The notes: generated by a model not told the origin, from the letters alone. DNA of 64,000 nucleotides from an uncultured Gemmataceae bacterium (GCA_963750165.1 CAVVPN010000012.1:576001-640000), one strand, 5' to 3'. Numbered from the stretch's first letter, positions 28,651 through 39,512 are shown. Made by a program: numbers and translations.

Positions 28651-29517
28651 TTACTCGAGCCAGTTGGAGGGCGGCGGCACGGTGGACTTCGGGCTGTTGA
28701 CCACCGACCACGTTTGCTGGCTCACCGAGGAGCTGACGCCGCGGACACTGCCGTCACCCATGGTGACGTTGGCGGCACCGGAGCTAAACGCCTGCAACAT
28801 GTTGGTGACGCAGCCGACGCCGATACTGCTCGATTGCGGCAGCGGGACCAGGATGCTGGGGGAAAGGGCACCACCGGAGACCACGGAAATGTACGCCGCG
28901 TTGGAACTCTGGTAGCAGGTGATCGTGCCAGTCACCGTGCCGGGGCTGGCCGGGAGCGCGAAGGCGGACAGGCTGCTCCAGGCGCGATAGGTGGTGTTGC
29001 AATAGGCGAAGCCGGTGCCGAACATCACGGTGTTGCTGGTGCCGGCCGGCGCGAAGCCAGCGGGCAGGCGCTGGAACGAGCCGTTGTTGAACAGCTGGGC
29101 GTTGCCGGCGAAGCTGGTGATGCCGATGTTGGCGCTGGTCAGGCCGGTGCCCGGGGCGGTGAAGTCCTGCGGCGAGATGTAGGTCGGAACCACCGAGGCG
29201 AGCAGGCCCTGGTTGTAGACGTTTTCCTGCTCAACGAACGGCAACAGGTGATAGAAGATGCTGACGCTCTTGCCGTTGAGCGGGATGCCGCTCGTCGGCG
29301 TGCCGTTGTACGGCAGCTTGGTGCCGTAGGTGCCGGCGAAGTTGTGGGTCGCCTTGCCCAGCTGGGTCAGGAAGTTGATTGTCTGGGTCCGGGCCGCAGC
29401 TTCACGGACCTTCTGGACGGCTGGTAAGAGCAACCCGATGAGGATGGCGATGATCGCAATCACCACCAGCAGTTCGATCAGCGTGAACGCGGATCGGTTC
29501 TGCCTGCGCAGAGTCAT
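28651..29517 (-). CDS. DUF1559 prepilin-type protein
   Basis: [47 protein letters not shown]. Confidence 0.95.
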   Translation of the reverse strand: MTLRRQNRSAFTLIELLVVIAIIAILIGLLLPAVQKVREAAARTQTINFLTQLGKATHNFAGTYGTKLPYNGTPTSGIPLNGKSVSIFYHLLPFVEQENVYNQGLLASVVPTYISPQDFTAPGTGLTSANIGITSFAGNAQLFNNGSFQRLPAGFAPAGTSNTVMFGTGFAYCNTTYRAWSSLSAFALPASPGTVTGTITCYQSSNAAYISVVSGGALSPSILVPLPQSSSIGVGCVTNMLQAFSSGAANVTMGDGSVRGVSSSVSQQTWSVVNSPKSTVPPPSNWLE

Positions 29518-30457
29518 GAGATACCCTTTCTGAGAGGAGCAACGAAGATACAAGCGGGACCGCACCCGCAAACCATCTCGAATGTAGGAGCGAACGGGAC
29601 CGCACCCGTTAGAAGGTCTCAATCACGAAGCACATCAGGAACACCGCAACCGTCCGAGAACCCTGCACCCAGTAAGAATGGCGAGCCAATGGGCGAGCTG
29701 TAAGGGTTCGGCAACGGTTCGGAGCATGCACACTCAAGGTACCACGGACCCCTGTGGAATTTGGGGAAGACTGAATTGAAAGTAAGGCGGTTCACCCAAC
29801 ATGTCAAGCAAAAAAGAGAAAAAACGGTGGAGTTTTTCGTGCAGGTTGCTCAAGTCTTTGTGAAAATTCAGGATGAGGCTCGCGATTGTGACCATCCGGT
29901 AAGGGTTTTTCACCCAGTTGCTGTGCAAAATTCAGCGGGGTCAGGCGGGTGAATTTTCATTTTTGGGGTCGGCGCGGGCTCCTGAGTCGGGGCCGTTTGG
30001 CCCTGCTCTGGGACAGAGACGCCCTTGCCACCCCTGTTTCCCCGAGTTTTCACTGCGGCACCAGCGGAACGACGGCCGCGCCGAGTCGTGGTGCAGGCGT
30101 CTCGCCTCCGGAACTATCCCGGCGAGCGCGGGCGCCAGCCAGCGCCAACCGGTGCAGCAAGGGCGCCGCTTCTCGACGTGTGAAAAAGTTGGCCCCCTTG
30201 GCCTCCTTGGCCCCCTTGCTCGGTCAGGCGGCGACAGCCGAGGACTGGCCGTGCCAGCCGATCCGAACCGCACCACCGCGCAAACCGTTAAAGTCCGCCC
30301 CAGCGCCGGCCGATACGGATGTAAAGAAAGAACGCTGGAGGCGGGACGCGGCGCGACCCCCCACCTCGCGGCGTGGGCGGCCCAGGCGTGGCCGGTTCGC
30401 GGATCGGAATTTCTGGCGGCGCCGCCGCCGGGCGGCTCCAGGAAGGGAGAGGGGGCG

Positions 30458-31036
30458 ATGCGAAACGCGCGATGCTGGTGGCTGCTCGTCGGCGCCCTGC
30501 TGGCGCCGGCCGTGGGCGGTGGTTGTTTCCCGAACCCGTTCTCGATGGGCCTCGGCACACCCATCCCGATCCAGCCCTGGGTGGCCGAGTGGGCCGAGGA
30601 GCGCCTCGGCAACGCCGGCCGAATCGATAACAACACGGTAATCATGCCGGCAATCCCGGCCGGTTATCGGCCGCTGTGCGAGGATCCGCCCGATCGCGCC
30701 TCCATCCTGCGGGCCATGCCGCGGGTGGCGCGCGGCGTGCCGTACTTCTACGAGGAGTTCCGCGACGACTACGAGTTCACGGTCGAGCGCATGGTCGATC
30801 ACATCGATCCGCCGCGCTTCTACCCGCTGGTCGGCCCGGCCCAGCTGCACCACTGCCACTACAAGTGCGTCGTCTACTTCACCGAGACAAAAATGTCGGG
30901 CTACCCGTTCCCGTTCCAGGTCAAGCGGCGCCGCTCCGAGACGGTGTACATTGATCGCGACCATCTGCACGTTGTCGCCTGCACGCCTGAATCACAACAG
31001 GCCGTCACCCGCGACATGACGCAGTATCGACCCTGA
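30458..31036 (+). CDS. Probable lipoprotein of unknown function (planctomycete type)
   Basis: Hydrophobic signal ending GGGC; DPPRFYPLVGPAQLHHCHYKCVVY, VYIDRDHLH. Confidence 0.75.
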   Translation: MRNARCWWLLVGALLAPAVGGGCFPNPFSMGLGTPIPIQPWVAEWAEERLGNAGRIDNNTVIMPAIPAGYRPLCEDPPDRASILRAMPRVARGVPYFYEEFRDDYEFTVERMVDHIDPPRFYPLVGPAQLHHCHYKCVVYFTETKMSGYPFPFQVKRRRSETVYIDRDHLHVVACTPESQQAVTRDMTQYRP

Positions 31037-31141
31037 GGAGTCATTAGTCATTAGTCATTAGTCATTAGTTCACCGGGATAGGGCGCCAGGCGTTTCGCCT
31101 ACCGCTCGAACCCTGAGAACCAATGTCTAATGACTCCTCAG
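31033..31141. repeat. Heptamer tandem repeat (GTCATTA x4) inside a 15-bp inverted repeat
   Basis: CTGAGGAGTCATTAG (31033) pairs with CTAATGACTCCTCAG (31127-31141). Confidence 0.8.
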
Positions 31142-31160
31142 AGGTAAGGAGGAAGAAGCC

Positions 31161-32402
31161 ATGCGCAAGACACTCCGACGCGCCGCCTGGGCGCTCGCGG
31201 TTGGCGCCGGTCTGGGGGCGACGGGACTGGCGGCGGCACAAGCGCCCGAGCGGGAGCTGGTCGGGATGTCGCCGATTCAGGCCGCCACGCCGCGGGCCCG
31301 GGAAATCCGGGTTGAACTGGCCTGGTTGGCCGACCCGCTGACGTTCCCGCACTACTTGAAGGCGCGGGTGACCGGCTCGGGTCTGGAGGTGCGCGGCTAC
31401 CTGCCGACCGCCGCGGTGCGCGACCGGGCGCTGGCCGTGGCCCGCCACCACAGCCCCCTGCCCGTGATCGACCATCTCAAGGTTCACCCGAACATTCCGC
31501 CCCGGTTCGTCTTACCCGACCCGAACCTGGCCGAGACCGTGCAGACCGCCCTGGAGGGCGTGCTGCCGGCAGGAGCCACCGTGAGCGTGCGATGCCTGGC
31601 CCCGGGGTGCGTTGCGCTCGTCGGCTCGGTTGGGTCGCCGGAGGAGCAACTCGCGGTTTGCCGGGCGCTGCGGCGCGTGGACGGCTGCGCCAGTGTCACC
31701 TGTCAGCTCCAGGCCGCGGCGTTCGCCGCACCGGCGCCGGCCCCGGCTCCGGTCGCGATGAACCAGTTGCAGATTCGGCCCCAGCAGGTGACCGCCCAGT
31801 ACACACCGTTGCCCGTGCCGATACAGACGCCGTCGCCTCCCGCCGCGGCGGTCAGGCGGCCGACCGGGGTTGAGAAGACAATGCCCTACACGTTGCCGTC
31901 GCCGCCGCCCATGATATCGATGGACGTGCCGGTGCCGCCGGTGCCGCCCGTGGTTCAGGCCGTGCCAACCATGCCGCCGCCGGCCAAGCAGACAGCGCCG
32001 GTAGCGTCCGCGCCACCGCCAGTGCCCCGGCCTGTTGAGAAAGCGGGGGGTTACACGCCGCCGGCGCCGCCCGCGCTGCCAGCGGTGATACAGGCGGGGA
32101 ACCGGTCGCCGGCCGCGCCGCCTGGCCCATCCGCCGCTCCGGCGACGGTGCGTTTCGAAGCCAGACCGGCACCGCCCGCGGCACCCCCGGAGTTGGCGGC
32201 TCGGTTGCGGCAGCGCCTGATGCAGGTCTGTGGTCCGGCGGCGAAACAGATCGAGGTGGAGTTCAAGTCGGCCACGGCGATTCAGGTCCGGCTGACCGTC
32301 GCCAGCGAGGCCGAAGGCCAACGTTTGGGGACGATGGTGATGGGGCTGCCGGAACTGGCCCGCTACCCCCACCTGGACGTGTTCGCGCAGGTTCGGCCGT
32401 AA
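31161..32402 (+). CDS. Secreted BON-domain-like protein with a proline-rich linker
   Basis: Signal peptide; VELAWLADP.TFP..L.ARV....LEVRGYLP; second unit V.LVGSV.S.EEQL.V.RALRRVDGC. Confidence 0.7.
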   Translation: MRKTLRRAAWALAVGAGLGATGLAAAQAPERELVGMSPIQAATPRAREIRVELAWLADPLTFPHYLKARVTGSGLEVRGYLPTAAVRDRALAVARHHSPLPVIDHLKVHPNIPPRFVLPDPNLAETVQTALEGVLPAGATVSVRCLAPGCVALVGSVGSPEEQLAVCRALRRVDGCASVTCQLQAAAFAAPAPAPAPVAMNQLQIRPQQVTAQYTPLPVPIQTPSPPAAAVRRPTGVEKTMPYTLPSPPPMISMDVPVPPVPPVVQAVPTMPPPAKQTAPVASAPPPVPRPVEKAGGYTPPAPPALPAVIQAGNRSPAAPPGPSAAPATVRFEARPAPPAAPPELAARLRQRLMQVCGPAAKQIEVEFKSATAIQVRLTVASEAEGQRLGTMVMGLPELARYPHLDVFAQVRP

Positions 32403-32422
32403 CAGCCTTCGCAGATCGCCTT

Positions 32423-32474
32423 GCTGCCGTTTACGGTTCGCGCATCGGAAGCGGCGCGAACCGTAAACGGCAGC
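32423..32474. repeat. Intergenic palindrome (REP-like or terminator)
   Basis: GCTGCCGTTTACGGTTCGCGC...GCGCGAACCGTAAACGGCAGC. Confidence 0.75.
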
Positions 32475-32646
32475 CCATTTCCGCCCGGACACCGACACTC
32501 CCTTCCTTCACCGGTGTTTCATTCAAAAGGGCCGGATCGGAGTGCGTCCACCGATCCGCATTTGCCCCAACCGCCGGCGCAAGCCAGAGTGACCGCGCCG
32601 ACCGCGTTCTCTGGGCAAGTTCCCAATCCGAACAGGAGTTCACCGG

Positions 32647-34394
32647 ATGCGATTGCTCCACCGCACCTGCGCCACCCTGGCGGCGCTGCTGACGCTGACC
32701 GCACTCGGCGGTTCGGCGCTGGCGGCAGCACAAGCCGATGGCGACAAGAAGGCTCCACCGAAGAAAACCGCCACGTCCACCGCCGCCGCGATCCCTGCGG
32801 AGCAGTGGAAGCAGGCCAGCACCGCCGCGCTCAAACCCGGCGAACTCGACGCCCTGCTCGCCGAGCAGTTGCAGAAGCACGGCGTCAAGCCGGCGCCGCT
32901 GACCACCGACGAGCAGTTCATCCGCCGCGTGTACCTCGACCTGACCGGCAAACTGCCGATGCCAGCCGACATCACCGAATTCGTCAAGGACAAGAATCCG
33001 AACCGGCGGGCGAAGCTGATCGACCGCCTGCTGGAGACAGACGACTTCTGCCGGCACTGGGCGGACTACTGGTACAGCGTCATCGCGCTGCGCGTTACCG
33101 ACCCGTTGCTGCAAATCACTGGCCAGCAGTTCAAGCCGTGGATGGTCGAGCAGCTCAAGACGAACAAGAGCTGGGCGGACATCACCCGATCAATGCTGCT
33201 GGCCGAGGGCGAGATGCGTTTCTTCCCCGGCAAGGATGGGAAGTACAAGCCGAACGGCTCGTCCTTCCTGCTGGGTTCGCGGCGCGGCACCGACGCCGCC
33301 ACCGAACGGGCCGCGGAAACGTCGCGCATCTTCCTGGGCGTCCAGATTCAGTGCGCCCAGTGCCACGACCACCCGAGCGACGTGTGGAAGCGGCAGCAGT
33401 TCCACGAGTTCGCGGCGTACTTCGGCCGGCTGCGCGAGCGGCCCATTTTCGAGGAGAAGCGCATCGTCGGTTTCGCGCTGGTGTCCACTCCGTTCGGCGA
33501 GTACCAGATGCCGGGCAAAGATAACAAGAAGGAAGTCAAGAAAAAGGGTTTCGGCCCCGGCGGCGCCGGCCTCGCCCCGCGCTTCCTGGACGGCAAGTCG
33601 CCGGGAGCGCGGTTGCCGGACCTGCAGCGGCGCAGATCGCTGGTCGAATCGATCACGTCAAAGGACAACCCGTGGTTCGCGGCGGCTTACGTCAACCGCA
33701 TCTGGGGCGAGTTGCTGGGCCAGTCGTTCTACCAGCCGATCGACGACCTGGGGCCGCAGAAGGAGGCGGTGTTCCCGCCGGTCATCACGCGGTTGGCGGG
33801 CGCCTTCAAGGGCTCGAACTACGACATGAAGGGCCTGTTCCGAACGGTGATGAACACGCGGGCGTATCAGCGGCAGATTCGCGCGGCGCGGCGCCGGACG
33901 AGCACTTGTTGTTCGCGGCGGTGTATCCGAAGCGGTTGCAGGGCAACGCCCTGTGGCAGTCGCTGGTGTGTACGCTGGGGCCGATTGGTCCGGGGGGGCC
34001 GGGCGGCTTCGGCCCCAGGAAGGGACCGGGCGGTTTCGCGGGGCGGGGCGGCCTGGAGAACGTGTTCAAGCAGGAGTTCGGCTACGACCCGTCCACCCGG
34101 CCGGAGGACATCGAGGGCAGCATCGCGCAGGCGCTGCTGCTGATGAACAATCCGCAGCTGAACCAGAAGATCCGGGCCACGGGCACGAACTTGCTGACCC
34201 GCGTGCTGAAAGCGTATCCCAAGGACGACGAGGCGCTGACGGTGGTGTACCTGCGAGCGCTGGCGCGGACGCCGACGGATCGTGAACTGGAACGCTGCCA
34301 GTCGTACGTTCAGCGCGTCGGCAACCGGGCCGAGGCGTTCGAGGATATTCTGTGGGTGCTGGTGAACTCGACCGAGTTCCAGACAAAACGCTGA
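32647..34394 (+). CDS. DUF1549/DUF1553 protein; one frameshift (~33885)
   Basis: FIRRVYLDLTG, FLGVQIQCAQCHDHP, NPWFAAAYVNRIW, then SIAQALLLMNNP...EDILWVLVNSTEF in another frame. Confidence 0.9.
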
Positions 34395-34400
34395 CCATGC

Positions 34401-34466
34401 GTGTCCGATCCGAGCCCGAGCACCAGCGCGGGGCTCCTCGCTGGCGCTCGGGCTCGGATCGGACAC
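34401..34466. repeat. REP-like palindrome
   Basis: GTGTCCGATCCGAGCCCGAGC...GCTCGGGCTCGGATCGGACAC. Confidence 0.8.
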
Positions 34467-34483
34467 CAAACCCCGAGGAACCA

Positions 34484-35773
34484 ATGACCGTTCAAACCTT
34501 GATGCAAGTCCGCACGACGGGCGAGGGTGTGGTCAGCCGACGGACGTTCCTGCGCGGCGCCGCGGGGGCGGCGGGGTTGGGTCTGTTTGGCTGGAAGGAC
34601 GCGGTGACGGCGCACGCCCAGGAGCTGCGCCGCCAGGGCATGGCCTGCGTGCTGATCTTCCTGCGCGGCGGCCCCAGCCAGTTCGAGACGTTCAACCCGA
34701 AGCCGGGCACCACCAACGGCGGCCCGACCACGGCCATCAACACCAACGTGCAGGGTATTCAGCTCGCCGAGGGCTGGACGCGCACCGCCCAGGTGATGAA
34801 TAGCATCGCCCTGGTGCGCTCGATGACCAACCGCGAGGGCGAGCACCAGCGGGCGACCTATCAGTTGCACACCGGCTACGTGCCGCTGGCGGCGCTGCGC
34901 TACCCGAGCTTCGGCTCGATTGCGTCGGCGGAGATCGGGCCGCGCGACTTTGATCTGCCGCACTTCGTCCATGTCGGCGGCCGTTTCGGCGCCGTCGGCA
35001 GCGGCTTCCTGGGCATGGCACACGCGCCGTTCGTGGTGCAGAACGCCAACCAGATGCCGGCCAATTCGCAGCTGCCCGTCGGCAACGCCCGCTTCAGCCG
35101 CCGGCTCGAATTGATGCGCGAACTGGAAGAGGACTTTGCCGCGGCCGGCGCCCGGACGCAGGTGAACGAGCACCGTTCGGTGTACAACAGCGCCGCGAAC
35201 CTGGTGCGCAGCCCCCGGCTGCGAGCGTTCGACCTGCGCGAGGAGACGGACGCGACGCGCGACCGCTACGGCCGCAACGCCGTGGGCCAGGGCTGTCTGC
35301 TGGCGCGGCGGCTGATCGAGACGGGCGTGACGTTTGTGGAGGTGGATTTCCCGGGCTGGGACACGCACCAGGACAACTTCACACGGACGCGGACGCTGGT
35401 GAATCAGGTGGACCCGGCGTTCGCGTCGCTGGTGGAGGATCTGCGGCAGCGTGGCCGGCTGGAGCGGACGCTGGTGGTGGTGATGGGCGAGTTCGGCCGG
35501 ACGCCGCGCATCAACGCCAACACGGGCCGCGATCACTTCCCGCGGGCGTTCAGCCTGGCGCTGGCCGGCGGCGGCATCCGTGGCGGCCGTGTGCTCGGCG
35601 CCACCAGCGCCACCGGCGTGGACGTGACACAGCGGCCGGTGACGGTGCCGGACCTGTTCTGCACGTTCTGCCGGTCGCTGGGCATCAACCCGCGCCGCGA
35701 GAACCTCACGGCCATCGGCCGCCCCATCCGCATCGTGGACGGCGGCCAGCCGGTCAATGAACTGTTCTCCTGA
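34484..35773 (+). CDS. DUF1501 protein with Tat signal
   Basis: SRRTFLRG; LIFLRGGPSQFETFNPKP; GWDTHQDNF; MGEFGRTP; GRDHFP. Confidence 0.95.
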   Translation: MTVQTLMQVRTTGEGVVSRRTFLRGAAGAAGLGLFGWKDAVTAHAQELRRQGMACVLIFLRGGPSQFETFNPKPGTTNGGPTTAINTNVQGIQLAEGWTRTAQVMNSIALVRSMTNREGEHQRATYQLHTGYVPLAALRYPSFGSIASAEIGPRDFDLPHFVHVGGRFGAVGSGFLGMAHAPFVVQNANQMPANSQLPVGNARFSRRLELMRELEEDFAAAGARTQVNEHRSVYNSAANLVRSPRLRAFDLREETDATRDRYGRNAVGQGCLLARRLIETGVTFVEVDFPGWDTHQDNFTRTRTLVNQVDPAFASLVEDLRQRGRLERTLVVVMGEFGRTPRINANTGRDHFPRAFSLALAGGGIRGGRVLGATSATGVDVTQRPVTVPDLFCTFCRSLGINPRRENLTAIGRPIRIVDGGQPVNELFS

Positions 35774-35883
35774 ACCAAAGAGATTAGCCACAGAGGACAC
35801 AGAGGACACAGAGAGAAAGAGAGGAAGGGTGATTCAGCCCTCCTGTCTTCCTCTCTGTGTCCTCTGTGGCTAATCTCTTTGGT
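35774..35883. repeat. MITE-like inverted repeat with CACAGAGGA units
   Basis: ACCAAAGAGATTAGCCACAGAGGACACAGAG...CTCTGTGTCCTCTGTGGCTAATCTCTTTGGT. Confidence 0.85.
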
Positions 35884-35888
35884 ATAAT
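35880..35888 (+). promoter_or_regulatory. Extended -10 promoter (TGnTATAAT) for rsgA, probably leaderless
   Basis: TGGTATAAT ends 6 nt before ATG 35895; no Shine-Dalgarno sequence. Confidence 0.65.
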
Positions 35889-35894
35889 CCCCGC

Positions 35895-37036
35895 ATGGCG
35901 AAAAAGAAAAAAGTTCGGGTTGATCTGCGCAAGAACCGCTCCAAGCCGCCGCGCGACCGCGCCTGGACGCGCGGCTTCCAGGAGCACGGCTACGCCGAGG
36001 ACGCGACCGTCTCGGACGAGCGCGTCCGCGCCAAGGGCGACCTGTCGCGCAGCGCACCATCATCCAGGAAGACCAACCCGGAGCCAACCCGGACCAGGCA
36101 CAGACCGCCGAGATGCCGACGGTCGATGCGGCCACACACCTGCTGGGCCGTGTGCTGCGCGTCCACGGGTTGCACTCGGTCGTCGAGACGGCGGACGGCC
36201 GGCAGTACCGCTGTGTCGTGCGGCGGCTGCTCAAGTCACTGGCGACCGACGAGCGCAACGTCGTCACCACCGGCGACCGTGTGTGGATCCGCCTGTCGCA
36301 GCACGACGAGGGCTTCATCGAGCGCGTCGAGCCGCGGCACGGATTGCTGACGCGGGCGTCGCGCAAGCGGGAGCACGTCCTGGTGGCCAACGTCGATCAG
36401 GTGGTCTTCGTGATGGCCCTGGTCGAGCCCGAGTTGAAGCCGCACCTCATCGACCGCTACCTGGCCAGCGCTGAACAGGGCAACATCGCTCCGGTGCTCT
36501 GTCTGAACAAGGTGGACCTGGTGGACGCGGTGGCGTACCAGCCGCTGGTCGGCTTCTACAGCCAGCTGGGCATCCCGACGTACCTGACGAGCGCCGCGAC
36601 GGGGCAGGGCATCGACCGGCTGCGGGCGCGGTTGCGTGACCGGCAGACGGTGTTCTCGGGCCAGAGCGGTGTGGGCAAATCGTCGCTGCTGAACGCGGTG
36701 CAGCCGGGGTTGGGCCTGCACGTCAGCGAGGTCAGCGAGGTCAACCAGAAGGGCCGCCACACGACGACGACGGCGCAGCTGCTGAAGCTGGAGTTCGGCG
36801 GCTGGGTGGTGGACACGCCGGGCATCCGCCAGTTCGAGTTGTGGGACATCATCCCGGAAGAGGTGGAGGGCTTCTTCCCAGAGTTCCGGCCGTACGTGGC
36901 GCTGTGCGCCTTCCCGGACTGCACGCACACGCACGAGGAGCGCTGCGCCATCAAGGACGCGGTGCTCAGGCGGCAGATCAGCGAGCGGCGGTATACGAGT
37001 TACCTGGGAATGTTCAACGGATCGATGGAGGAGTGA
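35895..37036 (+). CDS. rsgA: Ribosome small subunit-dependent GTPase A; one frameshift (~36050) in the N-terminal extension
   Basis: VANVDQV, NKVDL, GQSGVGKSSLLN, KGRHTTT, DTPGIR, C.FPDCTHTHEERC zinc finger. Confidence 0.95.
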
Positions 37037-37147
37037 GTATGTCCGCAGATGCTGCCCGACGACAGCAGCTGAAGGCGATCACACGGGAGGTGTTCGAGCG
37101 CCGCCGGGACGCCTATATACGACTCGCACAAGGAGAAGGAGGCGACA

Positions 37148-37389
37148 TGGCTCTTTCCACAAGTTGGATCAGCAAAACGCCCGGCGTCTGTGGCGGCGAT
37201 GCCTGCATCCGCGACACCCGACACACCGTTCACGGTCTGGTCGAGTGGAAGAAGCTGGGCTTAACCGACGCACGCATTTTGGAACACCATCCCGATCTGA
37301 CACCGGCCGATTTGGAAGCGGCCTGGGATTACTACGCACGGCATGCGGCGGAGATTGACGACGCCATCCGCACCAATGCCGAGGCCTGA
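37148..37389 (+). CDS. DUF433 domain protein (putative antitoxin); an alternative upstream start at 37039
   Basis: ISKTPGVCGGDACIRDTR.TV, ILEHHPDLTPADLEAAWDYY; GGAGG upstream. Confidence 0.88.
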
Positions 37390-37396
37390 GGCGCTG

Positions 37397-37475
37397 CCGC
37401 TTCGTTCGTAGTACCGCCTTCAGGCGGAATCTGCGCCGCAGATTCCGCCTGAAGGCGGTACTACGAACGAAGCGG
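37397..37475. repeat. REP doublet palindrome (GTAG-headed)
   Basis: CCGCTTCGTTCGTAGTACCGCCTTCAGGCGGAATCTGCG and its reverse complement. Confidence 0.88.
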
Positions 37476-37503
37476 GCCATCTCACCGCTTCCTTGAATTT
37501 GAT

Positions 37504-38634
37504 CTACTCCACCTTCCACACCTTCGAGTCCTGCCGCACCACCCAGCGCTGCCGTTTGCCCGCCGCGCCCCGAATCTCCGCGTCGGCCTGAAACAGCAAC
37601 TCCGTCGCTTGCAGCCCCGGCGGCCGCGTCAGGCTCGGGTGCGTCAATCCCGCCAGGCCCAGCGCCTTCAGGTCCGGCGCCCAGCGCTTGTGTGTCTTGT
37701 GATACGCCCGCTGCGCCTGATAAATGCGGTACAGCAGCAACTTCGCCCGCCCCGCCTCATCGGGCCGAAACTTCACCGTCCCCGGTTTCGCGATCGAGAA
37801 CTGCACATAGCCCCACATCTCCGGCTGGTGCATGTCAATCACGCCCTGCGGCGACCACACCCAGTTGTCTTCCTTCAAGCCCTTGATCTTCTGATAGCGG
37901 CCCTCGACGACCTCGTGCCGCCACTCAACGCGCGAGAAGTTGACGCGCCACTGGTCGCCGTCGCGCGGCGGCCCCGGCGGGTGCGGCTGATACGCCATCT
38001 CCGCCAGCACGCGCCACGGCAACGCCAGCTCCACCGACCAGCCCCGGTCCACGTCGCGCGGGTCGTTGAGGGTGCCGTCCACATGGACCGCCGTCTTCAG
38101 GCCGGGTATCTCCCAGCTGTCCAGCGCCGTGCCGCCGTCACGGTACGGCCGTGGCAGAAACAGATCCCAGCCGGTGTTCAGCGCGTTGATCTCGAACTCG
38201 TAATACTCGTGATTGTCGCCGTTGGGATCGATGAACACTTCAAAGTCGTTGTCACGGAAAATCACCGAGTCGTGCTTCGTCAGCGTGCCCCAGACGTGCG
38301 GCTCCTCCATCTCCGCGGCGACGTAATAATAGTCATCGTCCCAGAGCATCTTGACGCGCGTCCGGAAGCGCGGCCGCGGTTTCTTGTCGCCCTCGATGTC
38401 CACGAAATCGTCGGTCCACGGTGCGTCCTGCCACGCCGGATCGTCGAGTTTGCCGTCGATCTTGATTGGCTGCGTAGCGCGGTAGCAGACATAGCCTTTC
38501 GGGTGGACGAAGTGCAGCGCCGGCCGCGCCACGGGCTTCGGGTTGGCCACAGGATGTGGCGGCAGCAGCCCGGACAGCGGGATGAGCAACACGAGGACGA
38601 GCAAGCTGATGGCGGCCAGGCGCGAACGGTTCAC
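37504..38634 (-). CDS. Secreted carbohydrate-binding family 9-like protein
   Basis: [69 protein letters not shown]. Confidence 0.9.
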   Translation of the reverse strand: MNRSRLAAISLLVLVLLIPLSGLLPPHPVANPKPVARPALHFVHPKGYVCYRATQPIKIDGKLDDPAWQDAPWTDDFVDIEGDKKPRPRFRTRVKMLWDDDYYYVAAEMEEPHVWGTLTKHDSVIFRDNDFEVFIDPNGDNHEYYEFEINALNTGWDLFLPRPYRDGGTALDSWEIPGLKTAVHVDGTLNDPRDVDRGWSVELALPWRVLAEMAYQPHPPGPPRDGDQWRVNFSRVEWRHEVVEGRYQKIKGLKEDNWVWSPQGVIDMHQPEMWGYVQFSIAKPGTVKFRPDEAGRAKLLLYRIYQAQRAYHKTHKRWAPDLKALGLAGLTHPSLTRPPGLQATELLFQADAEIRGAAGKRQRWVVRQDSKVWKVE

Positions 38635-38750
38635 AGCAGCTCCTTCGAGGCCAACGGCCAGTTGTTGCCAGGGCCGCTATTGTATACGGTACGCAGAAGG
38701 GCGGTGGCCGCCACCGCCCACCGTTTCCCGAACCCCCAGGAGAGCCGATC

Positions 38751-39503
38751 ATGCCTCGCGTAACCCGCCGTCACGCCCTGCAGTCCGGCGCCGCTGCCGC
38801 CGCGGTGCTGACCCTGGCCCCCAACCTTGGCGCCGCCCCAGCCGCCGCCCCCGTCCGGCCCGCCGCGCCCCAGGCCCAACCGCCCGCCGGCCCGTTCATG
38901 CTGCCCAAGCTGCCCTACGCCTACAACGCCCTGGCGCCGCACATCAGCCAGCGCACCATGACCATCCACCACGACCGGCACCATCAGGCCTACGTCAACA
39001 ACCTCAACACCGCCGTCGCCGGCCACCCCGACCTGCAAAAGATGTCCGTCGAGATCCTCCTGCGCAACATCAACAAGGTGCCGATGGCCATCCGCACGGC
39101 GGTCATTAACAACGGCGGCGGCCACGCCAACCACAGCCTGTTCTGGGAAATCATGGCCCCGAAGGCGGGCGGCGAGCCGGCCGGCGACCTTGGCAAGGCC
39201 ATCGCCAAGGCGTTCGGCTCGTTCAAGCAGTTTCAGACGCGGTTCAGCACCGCGGCGGCGACGCTGTTCGGCAGCGGTTGGGCCTGGCTGGTCGTCAACA
39301 AGGGCCAGCTGGAAATGGAAAGCCTGCCGAATCAGAACAGCCCGCTGCTGAGCGGCAAGACGCCGATCCTCGGCCTCGACGTGTGGGAGCACGCCTATTA
39401 CCTGGACCGCGAGAATCGGCGGCCCGAGTACATCCGCGAGTGGTGGAGCGTCGTCAACTGGCCCAACGTCGCCCAGCGCTACGCGGCGGCGCTGAAGGGG
39501 TGA
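38751..39503 (+). CDS. sodA: Fe/Mn superoxide dismutase (Mn-type signature) with Tat signal peptide
   Basis: TRRHAL Tat motif; [43 protein letters not shown]. Confidence 0.93.
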   Translation: MPRVTRRHALQSGAAAAAVLTLAPNLGAAPAAAPVRPAAPQAQPPAGPFMLPKLPYAYNALAPHISQRTMTIHHDRHHQAYVNNLNTAVAGHPDLQKMSVEILLRNINKVPMAIRTAVINNGGGHANHSLFWEIMAPKAGGEPAGDLGKAIAKAFGSFKQFQTRFSTAAATLFGSGWAWLVVNKGQLEMESLPNQNSPLLSGKTPILGLDVWEHAYYLDRENRRPEYIREWWSVVNWPNVAQRYAAALKG

Positions 39504-39512
39504 TCGAATCGA

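Noticed and set aside
30189..30220. Sigma-54 promoter in the TTGGCC...TTGCT repeat
   Set aside because: No GG-N10-GC spacing fits; treated only as a 9-mer tandem repeat.
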